A DNA stretch of 61,793 nt, counting the filler, from Choristocarpus tenellus KU-1152 (taxonomy: Eukaryota; Protista; Phaeophyceae), in the NCBI GenBank assembly GCA_964200185.2. It is 10 parts of 10 records of this genome, joined end to end, with 100 filler letters (N's around TTAATTAATTAA, not from the genome) between each part and the next. Parts side by side here need not be neighbours in the genome. Positions count along the whole stretch, not along the records: positions 28,963 to 37,488 come from CAXNAD020004619.1; positions 37,589 to 44,156 come from CAXNAD020007854.1; positions 44,257 to 49,255 come from CAXNAD020012223.1; 7 more parts are not named here. One strand, given 5' to 3'. The position numbers and the translations under genes were made by a program. Below, piece by piece: positions 35,601 through 46,668 of this stretch. The notes under the pieces are model-generated. The model was not told where the DNA came from. It did no database searches and saw only the letters and a list, made by a program, of their open reading frames with translations. Positions within the stretch are counted from its first letter, which is position 1, and each line of letters begins with the position of its first letter.

Positions 35601-37175
35601 CCTGGGGCACTGCATCTCCGACCAGTGTGGCATGAGATTCTCACCATGGGTCAGGCGTTCATCAAAGATCATCATTGGAACATTTGCCATAATCTATGGA
35701 GCTATGCTCATGATCTCACATGCCAAGTGAGACCCTAACCCTAACTCCCATTATCCGTCGTTTGTCGTGAATAGCCCTAACCCTAACCCTAACGAGTCGA
35801 AGTATTGTGTTTGTTAGGAAGTGGCAACATCCTTGTCCCGGACACACCTTTTCATAGTGTATACACTTTATGTACTCTGAAACATTTTGGAGTAGTAGGA
35901 AAATGTCATAAAAGAACCCATGGGAAGCCAAGCCCCAAATGGACAAACAGGGCAAAACGCGCACCCTCTAAGATACTTTCACTCAACCCTAACCATACCC
36001 ATAACCCTAACTCTTTTTGGTATTGTGGTAGGTCACAGGGAACTTGTCCAAGGGTGACTTGCACCTTTTTGTAGTAACCCTAACCCTAACCTTTGAGAAC
36101 CTGACTGCATGGTACGTGATAGATAACCTCACACCTGAACAAAGAAAAAAAAATTTAAATAAAATATATACAATAATATGATATAATAAGAGTGCACCTG
36201 AAATAATAGAACAATATAGCCACGTCGATCCAATGGCTATAATAATAATAAATTATTGTTCTAATCGTTATAGTTTCTAAGTAATATACACTGTGAGTAT
36301 GTACATTATGAGTATATACACTATGAGTATGTACGTTATGAGTATGTACACTAAGAGTATATACACTATGAGTGTGTACGTTATGAGTATGTGCACTATG
36401 AGTATATACACTATGAGTGTGTACACTATGAGTATGTAAGTTATGAGTATGTACGTTATGAGTATGTACACTAAGAGTATATACACTGTGAGTATGTACA
36501 TTATGAGTGTGTACACTATGAGTATTTACGTTATGAGTATGTGCACTATGAGTATATACACTATGAGTATATACACTATGAGTGTGTACACTATGAGTAT
36601 GTACGTTATGAGTATGTACACTAAGAGTATATACACTGTGAGTATGTACGTTATGAGTATGTACATTATGAGTATGTACATTAAGAGTATTTACACTATG
36701 ATTGTGTACATTATGAGTATGTACACTAAGAGTATATACACTATGAGCATGTACATTATGAGTATGTACATACTTATTGTGTACACTATGAGTATGCACA
36801 CTCTAAGTATTTACACTAAGAGTATGTACACAATTTTGTTGGGTTTTTCTGTAATGTAGCACCACATCTATACATCATATAGGTACATAGCATGAGGGTT
36901 GCATTAGGCTGTGGTTGGTCACCCAAATCTCATTTTCTTGTGTGTTGATGTGTGCCTGCTGACTTCATTAACCCTATATTTAACACTTCATTTACAGGTA
37001 TATCCGAGTTGGAGTGGGACTATACTACATCACCTCTGCCCTCTCTATTGTGGGAGTAATGTTGGGATTCAATGGTGTCCGCCATGCCTACCACTTGCAC
37101 GACTTTGTCCTGGGTCACCTTCTCTTCTTTGTGCTGTTGCTGCTCTCGGCCCTGCAGATACCTAGTACCATACAG
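29693..37175 (+). CDS. 1,3-beta-glucan (callose) synthase, GT48/FKS family; C-terminal membrane region, truncated at both contig ends
   Basis: Phase-consistent exons 29693-29874, 30591-30707, 31173-31281, 32196-32384, 33648-33788, 34295-34366, 34792-34908, 35533-35726, 36998-37175. Motifs: EYMQVGKGRDVG...FEAKLAQGAAEQTLSRD...LDFFR; GGAQYRATGRGFV; SHFYLGFE; FAPFWFNP; SWEVWWREE. Confidence 0.95.
32013..32174. repeat. 52-bp tandem repeat, three copies plus a partial
   Basis: ctgaatgttgattgttaataatgatagtagataacaatggtgattatgacaa at 32013, 32065 and 32117. Confidence 0.9.
32555..32812 (+). mobile_element. MITE family A inserted into a (TGATA)n microsatellite
   Basis: Both TIRs are intact. The microsatellite continues on both sides (about 32386-32554 and 32813-32840). 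Confidence 0.92.
33103..33278. repeat. Tandem repeat of about 31 bp, 5-6 copies
   Basis: tagttgtaatcaagtcttgattagcatggca; the unit contains the internal inverted repeat taatcaag-t-cttgatta. Confidence 0.9.
35794..35984 (-). mobile_element. Internally deleted MITE A inserted into a (CCCTAA)n tract
   Basis: gagtcgaagtat...ccctctaagatactttcactc; TSD AAC. Removing the element restores the telomeric repeat register. Confidence 0.85.
36283..36830. repeat. Intronic 15-bp minisatellite, about 36 copies
   Basis: Consensus TATGAGTATGTACAC. Confidence 0.95.
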
Positions 37176-37415
37176 GTACTGGTACTGTATAGTGTTAGGG
37201 TACTATAGCAGAGAAGAGATTACCACTGTGTGTGTTGTGCTTGCTGACCAAGCCTTCTTTCAGTTGTTTTAGATACTGTAATCTTCATTCCTAACCCTAA
37301 CCCTAACCCTAACCCCACCATATATGTACTCCATATATCCCATTCTTATCTTGTGTTTGGCCGTTCTCTTTTCTAGGTCTTGCTGACTTACTATATATTG
37401 CTGGTGCCTGTAATC

Positions 37416-37459
<44 letters not shown>

Positions 37460-37588
37460 TCCAAATCCTCACCACTCTCCCCTCCCCCNNNNNNNNNNNN
37501 NNNNNNNNNNNNNNNNNNNNNNNNNNNNNNNNTTAATTAATTAANNNNNNNNNNNNNNNNNNNNNNNNNNNNNNNNNNNNNNNNNNNN

Positions 37589-37674
37589 CAGATGGATAAT
37601 GTAAATGCACTTTTCCTTATTTTGGTCCAAATGGACACCCTGGAGGAGCCCCCCCCCCCAAGATACTTTGGGTC
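37589..37674 (-). mobile_element. MITE family C fragment at the contig start
   Basis: ttttggtccaaatggacaccc...cccccaagatactttgggtc. Confidence 0.8.
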
Positions 37675-39026
37675 CACACTCAAGAAAGCAAGATTCCTCC
37701 ATGGGTTAGGGTCGGTGCTTGAGCATCTTATTTCCAAAGAAATAGACTGAGCAGATGCTATTGTATCTTATTTGTTACCTATGGGCCATAACACTCAATG
37801 GCCAATGCCACCATCAATAGTTTCTTAGCCTTTTCCTCTGAGTTTGGATTTGAAATTCTACTTGCATCAATGCTATAAGGTGTCACTGGAGCAGGTAGTG
37901 GTGTGCAGTTGGCAGTGTTGTCTCTGCCACAAATCCCTTCCTTCTTCCTACCCTCCAACTTTTGCTGTGCTCAATGTGTTCTTGGTAGACTGTAAAGCAG
38001 TGAAGCTCTTGAAGCCACAACAGTTGCAAATCATAGGGGGGAAGTAATAAAAGAGAGCTCTTCATATACTATCCTTGAACTACAAGGAAGGCATTTGCCT
38101 GCAACACTTCTGAAAACTGCTAGAATCATTCTCAGGACATATTTTTTGAGCGTAGGATTAATTTTCCATTGTGTAATGCCGTTGCCAAGCCAATATCAAT
38201 TTTAACTGCGAAAAGCTCATACTCGCCCTATTCGATCAGATACATCATCTGGAGAGCGAGAAGCTCAACCTTATGACAAAGGTGAAAGTCAAGGTCTCTG
38301 ACCTTGAAGAGGAAGCCAGACAAGACTTGACAAAGAAATGCTGCTTTTCCAAGCACTCAGAGATCATGCTGAAGCTTCGATTCAGAGCGCTCAAGGTTGT
38401 CAGCCACTCCTTGGTCCCTCATAACTCCCAAATGAGCTCACTCATAGTCCCTCCCATTGCTGTCCTTGTTTTGCTTCTTTGAATCACCTATCTCTCTATA
38501 ATAATGCCCCCCCCTTTGTACGTTACCACATGATTGTGTTCCTTGTCTTTTCAGATATATCAATTTCATCACCTGATTACATATTGTCTGAGTCTGTACA
38601 GTCTCAGGGGTAAAGGTCAGATTTTCTTTTTCTTCCCTACATTCCTCCCAGATACTCACCACCTTCATGAGGCCATCCACTATCTCTCCCATTCGAATGA
38701 AGTCGATTGTGGTGTCCACGACTAAGGTTCTCCATGACAATAGTATACCCAGGGTCGCATCCTCTACCCATTTCATTCTGTCACGCTGATTCAACCCCCA
38801 TCTATCTACACCTGGGTGTATTTTGTGTATCTCTTGAGGATGCTGTCAGAATGGCTGGAGGCGTCCTTGGGATGGCATGGATGGAGCGGATTTTGTTGTG
38901 TGGGCCAAGTCCCAGAATGCTATTGTCGCTGAAAGGCACGAGAGGCCAGAAAATAAGGTGGTGGCGAGGAGAAAACTGTGTGAAGAGCACCAGATATGTT
39001 TGTATTAAGAACATTGAAGGAATAAG

Positions 39027-39356
39027 GACTCAAAGTATCTGGGGGGGGTGGTGACTGTCCATTTGGGGTCATTTTTTTCATGTGCGAGTTTTGGTTGATT
39101 TGATGGCAGATGGCAGATGGATAATGTAAATTAACTTTTCCTTATTTTGGTCCAAATGGACACCCTGGAGGAGCCGCCCCCGCCCCCCCCCCCCCCACCC
39201 TTGTCCCAGCAACACACAAACCAAAACAAAAGAAGAAAAAAAAAAAAAAACGATAAAATTAANNNNNNNNNNCATATACTTCAGCGAACATGAAGTAGTT
39301 CTTTTCGGTACGCTTGTGTGTTCTTTGATTGATACCCCCCCCAGATACTTTGGGCC
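39027..39356 (-). mobile_element. MITE family C spanning a small internal gap
   Basis: gactcaaagtatctggggg...cccccagatactttgggcc; TSD AAG. Confidence 0.8.
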
Positions 39357-40016
39357 AAGAAACACAGTAGTTATACAAGAAGAAGAAATTAAACCCAATC
39401 GGTTAGCATTATTGTTGCATAGAGTCAATATGCTGAACTAACTCTGCAACCTCCCCTGAGTAGTCAATCTTTGCATTATATGCATGCTTGTGTGTGTGTG
39501 TGTTTGTGTGTGTGCGTGCTCAGTGGCGTGAAAGTTAACACACACACCCACACATACCTTTTAGTTGTTCTCATTTGTTTAAGGAAGTGACACATCCTTC
39601 TCTGCAATATATGGAGCTCTTTTGCAATATTAACCTCCTTTATCCTGATGTTATGAAACCCTGAAGCCACGATGTGATGAACAGTTTGTTGTTCCCCTTA
39701 TCTCTTTGCATGTTGTTTGGTCTTTTCTCACGTATTTTCAAGTATACTTGAATGAACAAAGAAGCACGAAATTTGCCCCCCAGCTAGGAAACGGGATTTC
39801 ACCAACTCTACAAGATAAGCATCTGAATAAGCAATCGCTCTGGGTAATCAACATAGTGAAGTGGGACTAAGTACGGTTTCGGGAAGTACATTTGCAAATA
39901 CAGTTGTTGCCGTTGAACTGTTCATAATCAACCTGTGTGTTATTGCTGTGCATTTCCAATGATTCATTCCCTTTCCCCTCCTCCACAATAATAGCATTTT
40001 TACAAACATATGCCAG

Positions 40017-40906
40017 AGCCAAATGAGACGATTGATTCGGACCAAACACTGGTGGAACTGGCAGCACGACTAAGGCAAGCAAGTAAAGGAATCAGAGTCG
40101 GCAGGAATTTCGGGCAGCATGTGCTGTATGTTTGTTGGTGTATAGATCTTGGTTGGAGAATCGTTTTAGGATAAGGCAGCTAAGACTGAGTTAAGTGTCT
40201 CAGGGTCATACATCGGAAATTGAATGCAGTTTGGCCTTGCAGAGTGACATGACTCTCAAATACAATGGGTCTTCCTTTGCGATAATGGTGTTACTGTACC
40301 CAGGAGCTCATCTTGTAGTGCTAGTCCTGCCATTCACCTCTAAAGCATTGAAACCACTTAATAGGATATATTTAATTACAAGCTACTGCTGCACTTAGAA
40401 CGATTCGAGTTCATTGTCTACACAATGTAGACCCATGGAACACTCTCTTTGTTGATATAAAACACACACCCGATGTGCGGTATGTGCTGTGTTCATCGCT
40501 TATCCTAAATCCAGAGAAGAGAGAATTGCAGCATGTCCATGTCACAGCTAAATTCAAATCTCTCTACCCTCCCACCCAATTGAATCGCCCGGGTCCAACA
40601 CTCACCAATCCATGCTGCAGTTGGGATGGCACTGAGGACATGACACAGTACGCATTACCTTGCCTGGAGATTTGGGAGGAGCAGCGAGCCAAGAAGGAGA
40701 AAGAAGGGAAAGTCAAGAAGGGCGACATATATGCCGACAGTTATAGTGATAGTGACAATGACAACGACAGTGGCAGTCGCAACAGGAACAGCAGTGATGT
40801 AGAAGATCTGGACGACGATGAGGAGGATTTGAAGGTCGATGACGACAGTAACAGTAAAGGTAGCGACTCCTTGAGGAGGAATTACTATGAAGGGCGCAAG
40901 CGGTGA
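40017..40906 (+). CDS. Putative last exons of an unidentified gene with an acidic C-terminal tail
   Basis: Terminal exon 40621-40906 follows a branch-like ctcac and ctgcag: WDGTEDMTQYALPCLEIWEEQRAKKE...DDDEED...RKR*. Candidate upstream exon 40017-40074 fits only with a GC donor. Confidence 0.45.
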
Positions 40907-41575
40907 TTGATCCGATCATGCCATGTCAGGAAGGACAAAGAAGTACTCCTGGTGTGGCGTAGGTTTTGTGCTATGATTATGGCTAGCAGGAAAGATAGCA
41001 ACAACCTGAGAGTAGGCGGGGCAGATCAGTGAGGCAGTCAAGGAAGTACAGGATTTGGAAATTGTGTTTCTCGTTGATTGTTTTGCACCAAGTCTTCTTG
41101 GTAGTTGGGGCTGGGGTGGGTTCTGATGAAGAGCTGACTCAAATTCGGTTGGTGGTAGAGCAAGGCCAATACACGAAATCTTTACCTGTTGGTTTGTTAC
41201 CAACAGAGGTGGGTCCTTGGAGAGAGGAATAGGATAGTGGTGTGGTGATAACAAGGGATTGGGGTGACAAGTGCGGACATATGAGGACTTGAAGCAAAGG
41301 TACCAATCAAAGAAGTTCTAGAAATGAGGGAGACAGAGAAAGGGTGTATGAATCCACCCACGGTTCTGAATGGAAAATTATTTGGCACAGAGCCCACTCC
41401 TCGCTTTTTTGTAGAGTGGCACTAACTAGAAACTATTGCTCTTGATCATCGGAGTAGTAGATCATAGAATAAATACAATAGTTTGCACTAGGTAGATTCT
41501 GACCACCACCTTCATACCATTTGAGGTATAGCATACTGAGCATAGTACCACTGATATTAGTAATACGTAATAATC

Positions 41576-41788
41576 GAGAGGTACCCAGACAAATATGTGC
41601 AAAATTCGACGTTTTTTACAAGTGCGTATGAGATATTTTCAGAATTTTGTCAGAATTTTTTCAAACAATAGAGAAAATATACGCTCTCAAGTCAAACCCT
41701 GGAACTCGATTCACTGAAATATGGATGAATCATAACAGATTGAACAATAGACTTGAGATGCAAATCGGTCGAAACCTGGGTACCTCTC
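41576..41788 (+). mobile_element. MITE family D
   Basis: Perfect 13-bp TIR GAGAGGTACCCAG...CTGGGTACCTCTC. Confidence 0.85.
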
Positions 41789-41803
41789 AGGTACATCGGC
41801 TCA

Positions 41804-42058
41804 GAATGAAAGTATCTTAGAGGTACGAGTTTCGCCCTGTTTGTCCGTTTGGGGCTTGACTTCCCACGGATTTATGACATTTTCCTACTCCGACATGTTT
41901 CGGAGTAGGTAAAATATGTACGTTATGAAAACGTGTGTCCCGAACAAGGATATTGACACTTCCTAACAAACACGATAGGCAAAATTACATCAAAATTCGC
42001 AACATTGGATTTTGGTCCCCAAACGGACGTGGCCCTACCCTCTAAAACACTTTGCTTC
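41804..42058 (+). mobile_element. MITE family A
   Basis: Degenerate TIRs, conserved interior; TSD TCA. Confidence 0.88.
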
Positions 42059-43019
42059 TCAAAGAAATACTATAATAATATCATGAAGTAGACAGTAGGG
42101 GACTTGATACGAAAGCCCATTTGCATTTACACCACTAACAGCAGGACATGCTATATGTCAAGTTGTGTCAATAGCTTGAACGTATAATCCTTCAATCTTT
42201 TCTTCGTCATTGTCGTCACCTGAACTTTAAACTTATTATTATGTGCTTGCAGCAATATAGGTACAGCACTTTTGATTCATTGTTGAGGAAGATAAAAGGG
42301 GGAGAGAACGTAGAAACAATCTGTTTCATGATATGTCAGAAGATGCTGTGAATACTTCGGTAGATACTATGTCGTTTATGTATGTGCACATAGAAATTAA
42401 TTAAATATTCGGGAGTATTAATTTACCTTATTTATAACTGGAAATCGACATGTTGGTCCGTGCCAGGTTGTGCTATTTCAACGACCATGTGAGGTGGAAA
42501 AAGCCAAGATTGTCTGGTGGAGATGGTGATGGCATTATGTGGAATAGTTAAAAATTTTACATCATGCGTATTTCCACACTTTTTTCTTGAGGTTTTTGGG
42601 GGAAGAATCACTGGGTGGTCATATTTGAGGCAGCTATCTCCTCAGATCTGGATTATTATTACACACACAACCAGTGAGAGAAACTAAGAATTCATGTACC
42701 CTAACCCTAACTCAAAATAGTAGCAGACCTAGATAAGAGAAGAAGAGCAAGGTTCCATTTACGAAATTAGTAGCACTCTGAACTACTGTGATTCCCACAG
42801 ATATTATCCAGATCACAACAGTTAAAATCATCTCTCGAGGGAGGTAAGGAAAGCAGATGCATACGAACAAATGGAGTCAATTGTACTATGTACGATATGC
42901 ACTGCTCGATTACTTACACCAAAGACCTCATCCTACAATGCATTGAACCTTCAACCGCTTGGGAATCAAAGTTCTTCCCGCACGAGAAATGCCTAATTGT
43001 GATATTCTTCGAAGCAATA

Positions 43020-43800
43020 ATTATTCCAAAAAATTATCATCTCTCCAGCGAGGTAGCATGCCGGGGGTCAGGGCTATGGCCATGGGTCGGCCCAATATCC
43101 AGACACGTTGGATCAAAAGCAGTTGATGGCCATGAACCAGCCCTGTCGGAATATATTGACACTGGACCAAGCAGGGGGTTTGTCTAGACTACATTTGGCA
43201 TATGTGGCGGGGTTGGGTTTACAACCTACGCCCTGACCGAGTTGAAATATGATAGTTGACCATGGAACATAAAAAATCACCAGATAAGCCCGGTCAAGAT
43301 GGGTCGGGGTAGCTGTGTCAAAATATGTCACAATATATCCCAAGCAGTGCATGTTATGTGGGAGTAAACATTTTTTACAAATCTCTCTCATTACATTCAT
43401 TATTGCTATAGAACTTACTATAACAAGACTGGACTGATATTGCTCCATCTGTTTTTAATTGTGGTTGATAGTCAATGGTCCGTTTTGGATACACTTTCTC
43501 CTGAAGGTCCTGGTTGAACATACATGTCAGGAAATCTTTTGACAGGTTCCCATACTTACTAGTCGTGAACATAGTCACGTTAAAAGAGTTCTGGAACCGG
43601 TTCAACCTGCAGACCGGTCCATTCACATATGCCTGGCTTGATGAATAGCACCAGACTGGTTCCATCACTTGATTAATGAACCTGGTCCAGATGTGCGAGA
43701 AAGGAGTATACCCGTCACACGAACTCACGGTTATTATGGTGGATCCGATCTGGACAAGTCAGAAAATACTATTGGGACCATTATTGGAAACGGTCCGCTT
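43020..43800 (-). pseudogene. Possible decayed DUF285/BspA-like repeat coding sequence
   Basis: Frame-broken peptides MFNQDLQ, FQNSFN, MFHGQLSYFNS and FMAINCF*SNVSGYW resemble the MF.gA.sFNqdls.W repeat. Confidence 0.3.
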
Positions 43801-43994
43801 CCGAACTGATACTTTCACGTTTGCACAAAGTGATAAAACCCCAAAATATGACCTCTCCTCACAATCTTGGTTTTTTTTTAAGGTAATTTTATTTGTTGCT
43901 AGATGAAACTGCACTGGCCAGTCCAATTCCGCTCACAGTACCTTTTACTTTCAAGAGCCGAAAACAGAGGACATACGGACTCTGCAAGGAAATT

Positions 43995-44156
43995 GGCTCA
44001 AAGTATCTGGGAGGGGGTGGCGGCTGTCTATTTGGGGTCAATTTTTTCATGTCTCGATTTTTGGGTGATTTGGTTTCTTACGTTGGATGGATAATGAACG
44101 TGAACTTTTCCTGGTTTTGGTCCAAATGGACACTCTTGTGTAGTACCCCCCCCCCC
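43995..44156 (-). mobile_element. MITE family C, cut by the contig end at poly-C
   Basis: ggctcaaagtatctgggagggg...ttttggtccaaatggacactc; reverse complement of 25899-26077. Confidence 0.85.
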
Positions 44157-44256
44157 NNNNNNNNNNNNNNNNNNNNNNNNNNNNNNNNNNNNNNNNNNNN
44201 TTAATTAATTAANNNNNNNNNNNNNNNNNNNNNNNNNNNNNNNNNNNNNNNNNNNN

Positions 44257-44500
44257 ATCAGGGGCGAATGGGTCGCACCGGTTGGTCATCTCATGGGGGG
44301 GGTGACTGGAAATAAGTGACGAAAGGGGTTGCACTGGTTGGTCATCTCATGGGGGGTAAATAGGAAACCATTGGCGAAGGGTCGCAATGGGCTGGGCAGA
44401 ACAGGGAATACATGGGGAAGGAAAGGAATGGGAAAAAAGGAGAATGGCAAACAAGGAATAAGTTAATAATAATCCAGAATTCGTGAGCAAAACAAAAAGA
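44257..44500 (-). repeat. Reverse copy of the 10075-10420 repeat
   Basis: ggggggtgactggaaat...gaaaggggttgcactggttggtcatc units plus the shared flank. Confidence 0.75.
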
Positions 44501-45342
44501 ACTTTTGAGACATGTTGCTGCCATTTCGTGTGTGGAAAGGGAGAACATCGATTTTGGGTTCACGGTTGTACACACAAAGCGATGAATTAGAGTGTATGGG
44601 ACAGTGTAAGAAGGATGGCTTTCGAATGCAAAAAGGTCCAAACCTGCCTACCTTCCAGATGGTTCGACTCTATACTTGTCAGAATGAAGACAAGTAAGTG
44701 ATCGATAGGTAGTGCGAACATTTGCAAACCTCAAAATATAGGAAAAGTATTGGACCCTCAACTCCCACTAGTTCAGTCAATGGAATTGAGACCACAAGAC
44801 CCTTGTATCACTAATCCTATTTATTCACACCAAGTCAGATACTGTCCTCTACCAAACCACATCATTGATCAACTTAGCCGCAGGTCCAGTGTGAAATATT
44901 TCAACATGCTACACGTAACCAATCATTCCTGAGACACTGTGCTGAGTGACAAAACTGGTGCCGAGTTATAGTAGAGTGCAAGATGTCCATCAATACTACT
45001 AACGTCACCAACCTCCCCACATTCGTTCGATGGAAAGTAGAGGGATATGATTTCTTCAGTTTCGCAGTTCATGCTGAGCCCACAATAGCTGTTTATAGAT
45101 GTGACCCTTGCGCTCCGTGGCCCCGAGATAATCAGAACACAGGGTGATATTTCCTAGAAATCGAATTTTGTTGGCTGTTTTGAGTTTGGGAGACAGCACA
45201 AAATGGTATTTTGTCGTGCATGCCATAATCTATCACTGGTGGGACCTCATTGAAATTTGGTCTAATCTGGCATAGTGTCATGTGCGTGCACGCACTCTGT
45301 TGGCATTTAGAGCTGATAAAGGAACACAATGCTATATATTAT

Positions 45343-45480
45343 TATGCCCTCTGACATTTTGTATGTGTCAGGGGAAAAGCCAAACCAATATCACATGGAC
45401 CTTGATAAAAGTATCAGCTGTTGTTGCAAACATGATGTTCTTATCCTACAGTACCTGCCCCACTCTATTCTTGTTCTGAC
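45343..45480 (+). mobile_element. Family B fragment (hairpin end)
   Basis: tatgccctctgacattttgtatgtgtcaggggaaaa. Another fragment lies at about 49476-49560. Confidence 0.7.
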
Positions 45481-46016
45481 TGGTGTGTCAGAATATATTT
45501 GATGAAGATTCTTCAAGATGCCAAACGGTCTAAATATGTTAACGTTCCTTTTTGGTGAAAAACCCCCAATGATATAAAAATCAATACAATTACAACCACC
45601 ATTCTAAAATAGATCACCTTTCAATAACGAAAAGATCTGTTCCAGTTCTTGTAACTTCTTTGTTGACTAATTTAAAGTTATTTTCTCTATGTTAAACATG
45701 CCAAAGAGTTAGGGAACATTTCCAAAAATGCCTGGTCACTTTTCTCAGCATTTTAATTTTCAGAATCAAGGAACACACCACCACAATGCCTTACTAGGAC
45801 TAACATACACACGTTTGGGAAGGCTAAGTCAACTATGCTTCAAGCCTTTCGGATGCATTGCTTCCTCGCTGTTGTTGTGGTGACTGATAGTTCAGAAAAG
45901 ATTTGATGCTGGAGTTGAGTAAGGTGGGTGGCACTGTAAGTGCACAAATGTACTCCCTCTGTTTGGGTTGATTAAACACCTATGTTTTTGGGTGCACGGC
46001 CCCCGGCTTGGATGTC

Positions 46017-46600
46017 CTAAGTTATTTCTCGGTGGTACGCAAGTTGATGGACAAATTGTGAGCTTTTAAACAAGCCCCTAAGCAACGTGTGAGGGTTTGC
46101 CATTCTCGAGGACGGTGCCGGTGAAGGTAGAGCGCCTTGTTGCAGGGTGTGAAAATTGGACCTGAAACCGCCAAATCGTGCAGTTACGTTTGGTTGCCTT
46201 CCGATTGGGAAAGGGTGATTGCACACACCATAATTTCAAATTCTCGAGATCGGCTGAACCAATCAACACCATGGTGCCATACTTTGCACGATGGGAAAGG
46301 CAAAAGACATCCCCATGTAGAAGTGGCAAGCTGCCGTCGGAGAGCACTTTCGGCTGCGCAAGACATGTGGCAGGGTCCATCAAGGCACCCGATTGCAAAT
46401 TGCACAGAAGTATGGAATGGCCACAACAATGTTGACTCAGTTGTTGAGGGTGGGGTCACGGAGCTGCGATAATGGGGAGGGCATGGGTTCAGACTCTGGT
46501 CACAATGTGTTAAAGAATGTGTAGAACCTCAAGTCTTGATGAAATATATAGACTAATTCCTTCTCAGTAATGTTGTAATGGTTAGAAAGTTGGAGTAAGA
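46017..46600 (-). mobile_element. Highly decayed gypsy RNase H/integrase remnant
   Basis: Minus-strand YNITEKELV (about 46550-46580) matches the RNase H motif Y.itEkE.la. The downstream peptide weakly resembles the integrase HHCC region. Confidence 0.45.
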
Positions 46601-46668
46601 ATCACCATCCAAGTGGGGAATTATTAAACCTTTTACTCATTCCTGGTCACTAATAACTCGTCGATCTG

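Noticed and set aside
36155-36859. His-rich 214-aa ORF and Met/Ser/Tyr-rich antisense ORFs
   Set aside because: These are translations of a 15-bp intronic minisatellite inside the glucan synthase gene.
38070-38794. Decayed coding-like stretch on the minus strand, perhaps copia gag
   Set aside because: No diagnostic motif could be identified, so it is too weak to call.
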